Positions 26,356-38,446 of a stretch of DNA of 64,000 nt are shown piece after piece. Origin of the DNA: the human T2T-CHM13v2.0 reference genome, Homo sapiens; the NCBI RefSeq assembly GCF_009914755.1, contig NC_060928.1. One strand, 5' to 3'. Made by a program: the position numbers and the translations under genes. The notes under the pieces are model-generated. The model was not told where the DNA came from. It did no database searches and saw nothing but the letters and a program-made list of their open reading frames with translations. Position 1 is the stretch's first letter. Each line of letters begins with the position of its first letter.

Positions 26356-27836
26356 GGGCAGTGTCCGCTCATGGTTGGGTTCAGAGGATCTGACTGCGGG
26401 TGCCACACATGTGCTAGCTCACGCGAGTCTCACGACAGCCTTGCTCCATGGAAGAGGAAGTGGAGCCTCGGGAAGGGTGACAGCAGTGGGGTCTTTAGCT
26501 GGAGTGGCCCAAGCCCATTGCGGATGGAGGGATGGATTTGGCCATTTGTCAAACAGCTACCGAGCACCCACTGTACATGTGGCTTTGTGCTGGGACATTG
26601 AGGAGGGCAGGAGAAGGAAGGCAGACAAACACCTGGGCCGGGCTCCAGCAAGCCCTGGGTTCCGGGCTATGTCAGGTGCTCAGGGCTGAACCTGGCATGT
26701 CTTGCAGCCTCTGGCTCCCAATCTGAGAAGGGTGGACCCTGGGCTCCCATGCGATGCAGCGGTAGGGGGGGTGCCCTTTGCCAGCAGGTGGGAGCCGTCT
26801 GTCTGCAGAGCTCAGTCCCTGTAGAGGTGGTGGAGCTGCCTGTGGGAGGCCAGGGAGGCGAGGAAGGAAGCCAAGCCCACAGCCCTGGGAAAGCCCAAGG
26901 AGTCGGTTGGAGATTATTTTGGGCATCTCTACCACCAAATTGCCGGCTTCCTCTGCTAGTCTTTCCCCTGGAGAACCGTTTTGAGCAGAAGCAAAACCAC
27001 AGGGCAAGGAGAAGCTTAGAGGAGCACATTAACTCTCTGTGGACCCAGGAACAGCCTGCGGGCACCTGCGTCCTGCTCCTGTGGGCCTGACTGCTGCAAA
27101 GCCCCTGGCGGGGTGGAGGGAGCTGAGCGTCACCGGGGTGGCCCTCAGGGCACCTCTGTTCTAGTGGATGACAGGATGGTGGGGAAGCTGGTGCGTATGT
27201 GGTGTAGAGACGTTCGTATTCTAGTTCCAGAACCCCTCCCTCTTCCCCAGCCCCCTTTTTTCTTCCTCCCCCAAGTCCTTCCCAGAGCCCCCCTTTCTGT
27301 TTCCTTCCTGGACAGGCACTCACTGTTGTACCGATGAGGTTGTAACAGAAACACTGGGAAGCCTCACAGCAGCCGGAGGGGGCACCACAAGGAGCCTTCC
27401 TGTTTCCACCATTAGCCAAGCAAATGAAGCAGAATACTGAACTGCCTGAGTGCCACTGTCATGGAAAACACACCCAGGAAAATCCCCTCTGCACACCCAG
27501 CAGGGGTTTGCCTTGGGGGGTCCAGGACCCCATATATCTGTCTTCCTTTCTGTTGTCCTGCTCCGTATTTTAGGAGCTTCCCACAGTGGCCCCATAGTAT
27601 GTTTACTCACAGTCACGTTAGGAACCATGGCGCTGTGCTGTGTACATACCTCAGGTGCCGTTTGGCTTAGATATCGTTGTAGGCACTGCAGAGGGAACTC
27701 TAATTAAAGATAGAGATGTCCAAGCATGGCTGTCGTGCAGAGGGGACTAAGGGTGCTGTGTGTGGTCAGCGTTCCCAGGCAGTGGTAGGAAGCCTGGGGG
27801 CCTGACACTGACTGAGCCCCCCCACTGCTCCCCCAG

Positions 27837-28049
27837 GAGGCCTGGAGGCTGACGAGGCACTGCCCTCAGGGCTGCCGCCCACCTTCATCCGCTTCAGCCA
27901 CCACTCCTACGCCCAGATGGTGCGTGTGCTGAGGCGGACGGCCTCCCGCTGCGCCCACGTGGCCAGGACCTACAGCATCGGGCGCAGCTTCGACGGCAGG
28001 GAGCTGCTGGTCATCGAGTTCTCCAGCCGCCCCGGCCAGCACGAGCTGA
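27837..28049 (+). CDS. CPZ: CPZ coding exon 4
   Basis: GLEADEALPSGLPPTFIRFSHHSYAQMVRVL...YSIGRSFDGRELLVIEFSSRPGQHEL; donor A|gtgagt. Confidence 0.96.
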
Positions 28050-28312
28050 GTGAGTGCCCTTGGGAGAGCCTGGCCTGGCCCCGTTTCGGGAAAGGGCTTG
28101 GGCCGCTCCACCTTCGGGTGCACAAGTTGGTGGGGTGTTTGGGGTCCTGGGCAGAGCTGGGGGCCTCAGGGAGCTGCTTGGTGCAGGCCACGTCCCGCTG
28201 GGCATGTGCAACCACTATATGTATAAAGAAGAATTTCTCCAGATATCCATCTTACTTCAAAATGTAGGGTGGCAGACTAGGTTATTTCATAATAATGGAG
28301 ACATTGATCTAG

Positions 28313-28604
<292 letters not shown>

Positions 28605-29169
28605 ACTCAAACAGAATCGGTTATTTTAGAAGCAGCCTCCATTTGACCCTTGGTCATCACCAGTTACTGAAAAATGCACCTGCTCTTTGTTTATGGACTC
28701 AGGGCCTTTTCAGTGCTGGCAGCCTCAGCCAGTCTTCATCCTACTGGTCTGGGCAGCATGAACACCATGAGCCCAAAGGCTCTATCTCTTACCAGGGGCC
28801 AGAGGCCACCTGGCCACACCCTGGCCCCCAAGGCTCACTATGTTCCCTCTCCAACTGTAACATGCTCTGGGCAGGAGGCAGAGGCTCTCCCTACAGCACT
28901 GGAATTTGAGGGCAAGAGGTGCCCCTGTGCAGAAGGCCAAGGGAGGTAACCAGCGCAGAAAGCTCCCAGGTCATTTATACCCCGGGATGTGGCATCTGAG
29001 GAACACGGGTGTTTCCTCTCATCCCTGGCTGTCCCTGGGCCACACACAGCTGGGGAGGGAGACATCATTTTCCAGGGGAGCAAGTGCGAGGCTTAGAGAG
29101 GAGGAGTGACTTGCCTGCAGTCACACAGCCAGTAAGGCCATGGGGCCTGGTCCACTCTTCTTCCTATAG

Positions 29170-29525
29170 TCCATTCATTTATTCATCCATCCATCCATCC
29201 ATCCATCCATCCATCCATCCATCCATTTATTCATTCAGCCATTACACATCCATCCATCATCCACCCATTCATTCATACATCCATGCATCCATCCACTCAT
29301 CATCCATCCATTTATTTACACACCCATCCATCATCCGTCCATCCATTCATGCATCAATTTATCCATTATTTCATCCAGCCATTATTCACTCATCCATCCA
29401 TCATTGATTTATCCATCTATCCATTCATCCATCATTGATATATCTATCCATCCAGCCATCCAGCCAGCCATTATTCATCCATCCATCCATCCATCCATCC
29501 ATCATTGATATATCCATTCATCCAC
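29170..29525. repeat. (TCCA)n degenerate tetranucleotide tract
   Basis: catccatccatcc... Confidence 0.9.
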
Positions 29526-29865
29526 TCAAGGGCCAACCACCTTCCCAGCTAAGTACCAATGTGCACTTTGACTTATTACACAAACATGAAGAGAGACCAT
29601 CAGTTAAATTTGCATGAATCAATGATAACATATATTATTCATATTCTTGAGTTATGCTAACTAAGAATTCTGGCTAGGCATAAAAAACGAGCTTAACAAA
29701 AGTGATGACCTTGATGAGACCTCATTATATACAGAGATTCTTGAGTCAAAACAAGTATGAATTGGTCCCAGCCCATCTGGTCATTCTTGCTGAGTGGGGG
29801 GGCCTCATGCCTTTGGGGACCCCCGGCTTTGAGATGATGCCCCAAGTCTCTGTATTTGCCCCCAG

Positions 29866-30062
29866 TGGAGCCCGAGGTGAAGCTCATCGGCAACATTCAT
29901 GGCAACGAGGTGGCGGGCCGGGAGATGCTCATCTACCTAGCCCAGTACCTGTGCTCTGAGTACCTGCTTGGTAACCCCCGCATCCAGCGCCTGCTCAACA
30001 CCACCCGCATCCACCTGCTGCCCTCCATGAACCCTGACGGCTATGAGGTGGCAGCTGCCGAG
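29866..30062 (+). CDS. CPZ: CPZ coding exon 5 (zinc-binding HGNE motif)
   Basis: [20 protein letters not shown]...[13 protein letters not shown]. Confidence 0.97.
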
Positions 30063-30613
30063 GTGAGCGCCCAGATGCCTGGATCCTGTGGGCCACCGCC
30101 CGAACCACCCCCTCATTCATCCATTTATGAGTAGTTTATCCCAGCAGTGCTTCGTTCCTGCCTCTCTAGGAGAGGAGCATTCAGCAGGTGTCGATACTGG
30201 CAAACCCCTGCTTCAAGGGCTGGGGAGAAGGAAGGCACTGAGAATTCTAGGTGAATTAAAAAGGTGATGCGTGTGATAGAGGAAAATGATGGAAAGGGAG
30301 TCGATGGTGCCCGTGTGTGTCAGCGGGGGGTCAGGGTAGCTCTCGGGGAGGTGGGCAACGAGCAGAGCAGGTGACTGTCGAGGGCGCCCCACTCAGGGGG
30401 AGCAGCCAGGGAAGGCCCCAAGGCTGTGACATCAGCAAGGAGCCCCGGGGTGGAGAGGAGGCCAAGGGTCAGGCATGCCCCCGAGCTCATCACATAAAGC
30501 CGGGGGAAACCGCAGCCCCTGGCCTTGACCCTCAGCCCAGCGTGAGACCCATCTGGAAGGAGGAGGGTGGGGTGTGCTGACCCCACCCAGTCGGGGGTTG
30601 GCCATGTTTTCAG

Positions 30614-30775
30614 GGTGCCGGCTACAACGGGTGGACGAGCGGGAGGCAGAACGCGCAGAACCTGGATCTGAACCGAAATTTCCCGGACCTGACGTCCGAG
30701 TACTACCGGCTGGCGGAGACCCGCGGCGCACGCAGCGACCACATCCCCATCCCCCAGCACTACTGGTGGGGTAAG
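30614..30775 (+). CDS. CPZ: CPZ coding exon 6
   Basis: GAGYNGWTSGRQNAQNLDLNRNFPD...YWWGK; M14 DLNRNF motif; 162 nt, phase 0-0 (missed by the ORF track). Confidence 0.95.
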
Positions 30776-31143
30776 GTAGGAGCTGCCGCTGCCCATGCTG
30801 GTCTCCACCAAGGCATCCAGGGGTCCCTAGTTATTCCAGGCTCTCTGGAGTTGTCCTTCCCTGGGGACAGGAGAGCCTGGTGCTCCCTCCCTGCCTCAGT
30901 TACCTGTCTGTGAAATGGGAACACCTCCTTGCTGGGGTGTTGGTGAGATTCAGAGATTCATGTTGGAAACGCCTAGATCCCCGCAGGGGCCCAGTGATGG
31001 GGGCCGAGTCCAGCTGGTGCGTTGATGTAGAGACCGTTAATAGTCTGCACCATTGGAGCCCAGAGGGCTGCTGAAGCCCAGGGTATGGCTGCGGGCCAGT
31101 GGGAAAGCCCAGCCCTGAGGGCGGCCTCATCTGTCCTGGGCAG

Positions 31144-31302
31144 GTGGCCCCGGAGACAAAGGCAATCATGAAGTGGATGCAGACCATACCCTTTGTGCTC
31201 TCAGCCAGCCTTCATGGGGGCGACCTGGTGGTGTCCTACCCCTTCGACTTCTCCAAGCACCCCCAGGAGGAGAAGATGTTTTCTCCCACGCCCGACGAGA
31301 AG
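31144..31302 (+). CDS. CPZ: CPZ coding exon 7 (third zinc ligand, SLHGG)
   Basis: [35 protein letters not shown]...PDEK. Confidence 0.97.
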
Positions 31303-32002
31303 GTGAGAGGGCTGTCGGGTGTGTGCAGGGGAGGGAGACAGTGTGCGCGGTCCCCTTGGAGCTGGTGCCCCTCCAGTCCTGAGCTCAGTGAAGGCAAAGC
31401 TCCTAGGAACCTCTACTCAGAGCGGGTCAGCACCACCTGCTCCAGGCCCAGCTCTGCAGGGAAGCCCCTTCCTCCTGGAAGTCTGTGGCCTCAGGGGCCG
31501 TCGCTCCCCTGATCTCCCCGAGGCTGGCTGCACTGTCTTTCACATGTCCCCGTCTGGGAGCTCCTGGGGTGGGGACCCTGCCTCAGCGCTGCTGTTCCTT
31601 TGAGCTCCGCCCGGCGCCTGGCGGGGTCCCCAGTGCTTCCCACCGCAGAGGGGTGCGTTTCCGGGAGGCGCCGGCAGAGGGCAGTGCTGCAGCGCGCATG
31701 CTGCCCGCCCGTCCTGCTTCCCGGGGGTCGTGCTTGCTTCTCACGTGCTGGGCTCCTCCGGATGGGGAAGGAGTTCTGGTCCCACCGTCCACTGGGCCAT
31801 TAGGTGAGGCCCTCCCTTTTCCGGGCCTCAGTTTCTCCTACTGTTCGTAGAGCAGCGGGCGATGAGACCCGTGATGATGCTGGGACCCTCCCAACCCACC
31901 CTAACCTTAGGACGACCTGCTGGGGGAGGGCGCGGAGTTGGTCCGTTCCCACACTGTGGATAAGAAAGCGGAGGCTGAGGGAGGGGTTGTGATCTGAAGT
32001 GG

Positions 32003-32046
32003 GCCCCAGCCTCCAGCCCCCAGCCCCCAGCCCCCAGCCCCCAGCT
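32003..32046. repeat. (CCCCCAG)n heptamer repeat, G-quadruplex-prone on the - strand
   Basis: gccccagcctccagcccccagcccccagcccccagcccccagc. Confidence 0.8.
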
Positions 32047-32874
32047 GCGGATCCTGGAGCTTAGCTGCCTGAACTGCCCCTAGTGGTCCCCACTCCACCG
32101 GAGGCTGGGCCTGCCCTCCACCTGGCCCCTTGATGGCCCAGAGTCGCTCCCCAGGCTTCGCGTGGAGAGCCAGGCCTGCCCTCCACCTCCCTCCCTGCAC
32201 TTTCCCTTGGTGTTTGGGGGAAGGAGCAGGGAGAGAGGGACTGGCCCTGGGTGGGCAAGTGCCAGGTGCCGGGCCCCTCATAGCAGCAGTCACACATCGT
32301 TTGTTCTCCTTTCTGAGGCCACCCGGCCGAGCACATAGCTGGGCCCCTGGTTGGCACTCAGGTATCAGCCCTGCCTCACCTGGGCCCCTCCCTGTCCTGG
32401 GGCCATCATTGGGAATGCAAACGGGACTGGTCCCTGCGCTGGGGGTCCTCAGTCTAGGGTGGGAAATGGAGCCAGAAACTGGCAAGGAGAAGACTGCCAG
32501 GGCTGCAGGAGGGCTGTGAGTGCACGTGTGTGTGTGTGTATGCCTGTGTGTGCGTGTGCATGCATGTGCACACGTGCATATGTTGGGGTGGGGAACCCCC
32601 AGCCTGGTCTGGGACTTCAGGGGGGCTTCCCTGAGGTGGTGGTTTCCCAAAAGGTCTCCACAGGTGAGGTAGAGATTTCCAGCTGCAGGGCAGGGAGGGG
32701 CACTGGAGGCACAGGCCACCTGGTGCAGAGACCAAGGGGAGCCCCAGGGAGCCGGGTGCAGGGGCCCATGCCGAGTGCTGTGGCCCAGCAGGAATGGGGA
32801 GAGCAAGCTGAGCACTCTGCAGACCAGGGGCAGTGACAGCAACACCTGGGCCACCGGCGCATTTGTCCTGCATT

Positions 32875-33390
32875 TGTTCATTCTTCCACCCATTCACTCT
32901 TTCACTTGTTCATCATTCATTAACTCACTCCTTCACTCACCCATTCACTCCCTCACTCCCTCCCTCACTCACTCACCACTCATACATTCACCCATTCACT
33001 CACTCACTCCCTTCCTCACTCCCTCACTCATTCACTCACTCATTTACTCATTCACCCATTCACTCACTCACTTCTCATTAACTCAGCCATTCACTCACTC
33101 CCTCACTCATTCACTCACCCATTCACTCAGGCATTCACTCACTCCCTCACTCACTTACTCATTGACTTACTCACTCATTCATTGTCACTCATTCACTCAT
33201 CACTCACTCATTCTCTTATTCATTCACACACTAATTTTCTCATTCAGTCATTCATCCATTCACTCATGCACTTATTCACTTTTTCACTCACTCATTCTCT
33301 CATTCATTCACTCACAAACTCATTCACTCACTCTTATTCTTTCACTCATTGGTTTATTCCCGCACTCCTTCCCTCACTCATTCATTCATT
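32875..33390. repeat. (TCAC/TTCA)n degenerate tract
   Basis: cactcactcattcactc... Confidence 0.9.
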
Positions 33391-34917
33391 GACTCTTGCA
33401 GGTAGTGCACACCAAGGGTGCGAGGGGTGAGGTGTCTGGTTCTCTGCTCAGACCTCTGCAAGTGCCCGCAGAGGTGACTGGGCGGCCTCCACTTCTGGCC
33501 TGGCCTTGCACCCCTGTGCTCTTGGGGGCCATGGCTGGGCAGGGCAGGTGTCCCCCTCTGCACAGGCCCAGTGTGTCTCAGCCTCAGAGCTGGCAGGGCA
33601 GGGCAGGCATCCCCTCTGCACTGGCCCAGTGTCTCTCAGCCTCAGAACCAGATGTGAGAAGACGTCCCCAGGGGGGATGTTCACCCCAGTGAGTCCCATC
33701 AGAGCCAGAGAAAATAACACTGTTTCCAAGCCATCAATCATCGGGCAGTGACCATGCAGCCCTGTGGCCGGCAGTGATCTCTGGAAACCAGGGTCCCAGG
33801 AGAGGCCTGGGTTTGGCAGGGGAACATGAGAGGGGCTGGCTGGGGTGTGCCAAGGTACCCTTTCACCAAACTTCCATGGTGCCCTACGGACGAGAGCCAG
33901 TGCCTGGGGACAGTGTTCAAGGCCCTGCAGGCTGGCCATGGCTGCCTTTTGCTGCTCCACACGTGCCCCTTTGCCCGAATCCTGCTCCTGCTGTGTCCTG
34001 CCTGCCAACCCCTTTCTGGCTTTGCCAACGCTTGCTGTGGGAATGAGCATAGCCAGTTTCCCAAGGGCTTCCTGGGGCAGGAGCTGGGTGGGCTGGGTTT
34101 CCCACGGTCCTCAGCCTGTGTTTCTGGGTCCCCATTCAGTCCCAGCTTCCCTGCTCCCGCCTGGTTTCATTTATCTGTGTCTCTTCCTTGCCCATGTGCG
34201 CCCAGCCTCTGGACCGACAGCTCCTCTGATGTCCTTGTCCTGCACCTGCCCTCCCAGGTCAGGCCTGTGTTAGCCAGATCTGGGCCCCTGCACCCCAGGG
34301 TTTTGGTGACTGGTGGTCGGCAGCCACCTTCCATGCCTTAGCCCTAGAGACTGACCAGTGATGGGAGGGAGGCCCCAGGGCAAGGGCAGGGAGGAGGGAC
34401 TGTAGGGCAGGGAGGCCTTGTGGGTAGAAAGGGTGACACGGTGGGTTGGGTCAGGAGCAGACTTTGGAGAGAGTCTTGTCCCACCCTCCTACCCCCCGAG
34501 GCTACACCCTGTCAAGCTGACGGATAAAGGCAGGTCAGAGGTGGGACACAGGTAGAATGTAGCAGATGTGGCCTGGGCAGATGGACCGTTTGTTGGATGT
34601 GATTCATTCTTGATGGGAAAGTCCGCTGAGGCTTCCTGCTATGAGGCAGGGCAGGCCACTCCTGAGCTGATGCTGCCCCACCCACAGGTGCAGGGGCTGC
34701 TGGCAGGATAGTGGTCCATGGTCTGCCACCCTGGAACCACAGGGCCTGAGTGGGGTTGTGTTTGTGCCCTTGGTTTGTGTCTGTGGGACTGAGTCCAGAT
34801 GGCACAGCCTCACTTCTGAGAAGCTGGACCCATTCCTCACCAACCCCAAACCTCACGTCTGGGAGTCCGAGTCTCATGACCCCCACCAGGGAGAGATCTT
34901 CACTCTGGCCTGGAACA

Positions 34918-35061
34918 ATCACTCATTCACTCAGTCACTCACTCTTTCACTCATTCACTCACTCATTCACTCATTCCCTCACTCTTTCACTTGCTCACGC
35001 ATTCGCTCACTCACTCATTCACTCATTCATTCGCTCATTCACTCACTCACTCACTCACTCA
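34918..35061. repeat. (TCAC/TTCA)n tract
   Basis: actcattcactcactc... Confidence 0.9.
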
Positions 35062-35977
35062 CTGGGCCCTGCCTGTCCACCCTCTAGTGTCCTCCACTCC
35101 TCCTTTCTGACAGAGGGAGCCCCCTCCTCAGCACAGACCTGTCCTGCTTGGTGGGGCCCTGATGAGCTCATGCAGGGTGAGCCCTTCGCCTGCCTGACCC
35201 ACCAGGAGCCTCTGCCCAAGGTCAGTCTGGGACTTACAGACGGCCCAGAGCCCCCACAAAGGAGGATCTGTGGACTCTGCCTGGGGGATGGGCACAATGC
35301 GGGGAAGCTCTGGGCTGGGAAGGGAAACCTGTGGGGAGGGACCCAGGATCCCAGCCACACATCCAAACATGTCAAGGGTGGCAGATCCTGTGAGCTGTGT
35401 TCTGTCCCTCTGCCAACTGCAGTGGAAGCTGGAGGGTGGGGTAGTCAGGGAGGGGCTTCCTGCAGGCTGAGTCCCAGCCTCTGATGGTGCTGGTCAGCCT
35501 GGAGGTGGAGTGGGGTGGGGAATGAAGCAGTGATTATTCATAGAAGTAGTTGGCTTTGGAGATGAAGTCGGGGAAAATGCAGCCCACCCTTGCCTTCACT
35601 GCTCCAACAGCCTGGGCTTTATAAACTGTCAAGCCAACCTGCACACACCCTGTGGACACCATGTCTGTGTGTAACCTCAGGAGAGAAAGCCCACACTACC
35701 CGGCCAGGTGTGCAGAGTCTCGGTGATTACCCCAGTTACCCATGGGACCTGGCCCCGAACTCCAGCAGTGCCAGACCGCCTGTGACCCACCTCTGGGCCT
35801 TCACATACACTGTGTCCTCTGCAGGACACCGTTCCCCTCTCCTACCTGCAGACACCATTCCCCTCTCCTATCTGCAATGCAGGTGTTTGCACGCGCAGCT
35901 CCTCCCCTCATTGACCCCAGCTCACAGGACGTCCTGCAGGGGACCCTTTCCTTATCTGAGCCAGGTTTCTTTTCCAG

Positions 35978-36113
35978 ATGTTCAAGCTGCTGTCCAGAGC
36001 CTACGCTGACGTCCACCCCATGATGATGGACAGGTCGGAGAATAGGTGTGGAGGCAATTTCCTGAAGAGGGGGAGCATCATCAACGGGGCGGACTGGTAC
36101 AGCTTCACGGGAG
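35978..36113 (+). CDS. CPZ: CPZ coding exon 8
   Basis: MFKLLSRAYADVHPMM...GSIINGADWYSFTG; donor G|gtgcgg. Confidence 0.95.
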
Positions 36114-36409
36114 GTGCGGCTTCCGCAGGGCGGGACTGGGGTGGGGGTGGGGGGTGCAGGGGCTGGGTGGGGCAGGGGCAAGGCATAACTCCACGGTCTG
36201 CTGCTGGGATCCAGCTGGAGAGCCCGGAAGACAGGGCGATGCCTCACCTGGTGGAGAGGAGGCTGGCGTGAGTTTTGTTTCTGTCTTGATGAAAAGCTGT
36301 CGTGTGACTGTTGTGGACCCAGGCCCGTGGCTCCTGTAGTTTATTTCATGAACACTCAAATGTCACGGTTTCACCCATGACCAATACCTTTGTGACATTA
36401 GGGAAGTGG

Positions 36410-36620
36410 AGTTGCCAGATGAAATGCTGGACTTCCAGTTAAATTGGAATTCCAGAGAGACCGTGAGGAATTGTTTTTAGGACAATGTAAGGATGTTCCA
36501 ATGCGTGGGATATGCTTACGAGAACCCGCATGGGGTGGACTGATACTACAATTGTATCTGTGGTTTCTCTGGAGCCCGACTTGAAGCGTGTACATCTTTA
36601 TCTGCTAAATTTGCCCTTGG
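36410..36620. mobile_element. MER53-like palindromic hAT MITE remnant
   Basis: gttgccagatgaaatgctggacttccagttaaattggaattccaga...tttatctgctaaatttgccc. Confidence 0.55.
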
Positions 36621-36946
36621 GGAGGCTGCACAGGAGCAATATAATGGGCATATGCCACTGTGTGTCCTGAGGGGTACCCGCCAGACCAGGCACACATGCT
36701 CTGGGCCCTGCCTGCACCTCTCCATGCCGGCACATCACAGATGAGAGCGCTGGGCTCAGCTGAGAGAAGGACTTGCTGGAGGCCCAGGGCCACAGGTGGC
36801 AGAGCCAGGACCCACGTGGCATCCCCTTCTGCCCCCTCCTCCCATGCAGGCGGGCAGAGAAGGTGGCACTTCTTGCACACTCTGAAGCCATCTTCGCAGC
36901 CTGCTCTGAAAACTTTTCTCTCCTGCTCAATGGTTGGCACCTGTGA

Positions 36947-37377
<431 letters not shown>

Positions 37378-38163
37378 TCTGTCCCTCTTGCCCCTGATAC
37401 GGCCCTGGGAAAGCATGAAGCCGGGGACCAGAGCTAGCTGGACCAGAGAGACGGTGACTGTGGCTACACTGGGGTCTGGGCAGGGACTGTCAACAGCAGC
37501 TGCAGGCTCTGCGGCTCAGGAGCCTTGAACTTCAGAAGGGCGTGGGCTCCCTGTGGCCCCCGACACAGCCAGCCCTGTGGGTGCTATCATCCTAGGCCTG
37601 CCTTGGAGATGGTCATGGCTTCTGCTGAACAAGAAGCTCCAAGAGCAGATGGCACAGAGGGCAGAAGCGGGTATGGCTGGGGTCGACCCAGCTTGCTCTG
37701 AGGCCTTCTCGGCTGGCCAGGTGGCTGGTTGTCCACCCTAGCCTGGGCCCGTGGTCTCCCTGGGAGATGGAGCTAATAGGACCACCCTCCTAGACTCTGG
37801 TCAGGACAGCGTCTGGGTAAATGGACATTGTCACCATGGGGTCTCCAGGCCAGCAGCTGGGATGCCAGGGGCCTGTGCGGCTGCCCCGTGCTGTGGGCTT
37901 TTCTGTTAGAAACCGATTCATCCCTGACCTCACCAGAGACAGCATGGGGGTGGGGAAGCCTGTGGACTTTGCCGCCAAGCGGCCTGAGCTCAAGATGCAG
38001 CTCTGCCTCTTCCCATTGCGGGACCCTTAAATGCCTCATGCCGCCATCTGCGGATCTGCAAAGTGGGGATCATATGGTCCACCTTGCAGTTGTTCAGCCC
38101 CTCAGCTGCAGGAGGGGCGTCTGTGGCGAGTACCTGCTGCACTCACCTGCCTGCTGGGCACTT

Positions 38164-38301
38164 GGCTGACACCCCGACGTCCCGGCTGTCTCTGCGCGGC
38201 TGACACCCCGGCGTCCCGGCTGTCTCTGTGCGGCTGACACCCCTGACGTCCCGGCTGTCTCTGTGCGGCTGACATCCCTGACGTCCCCGCCGTCTCTGTG
38301 C
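38164..38301. repeat. 34-35-bp minisatellite x4 abutting the CPZ exon 9 acceptor
   Basis: ggctgacaccccgacgtcccggctgtctctgtgc-type units at 38164, 38198, 38232, 38267. Confidence 0.93.
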
Positions 38302-38306
38302 CACAG

Positions 38307-38446
38307 GCATGTCCGACTTCAACTACCTGCACACCAACTGCTTTGAGATCACGGTAGAGCTGGGCTGTGTGAAGTTCCCCCCCGAGGAGGCCCTGTACAC
38401 ACTCTGGCAGCACAACAAGGAGTCACTCCTGAATTTCGTGGAGACG
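38307..38446 (+). CDS. CPZ: CPZ coding exon 9 (catalytic Glu, ITVELG)
   Basis: GMSDFNYLHTNCFEITVELGCVKFP...FVET. Confidence 0.97.

Noticed and set aside
31907-32893. 328-aa and 268-aa (3314-4120) minus-strand ORFs
   Set aside because: Low-complexity composition, cross simple repeats, no domain signature; expected by chance at this GC content.
32775-33392. His/Ser/Leu-rich ORFs (also 29009-29407, 34750-35484)
   Set aside because: Translations of TCAC/TCCA microsatellites.
38164-38301. CRISPR-like array of ~34-bp repeats
   Set aside because: Repeats are contiguous with no unique spacers, the context is a eukaryotic intron, and there are no cas genes.
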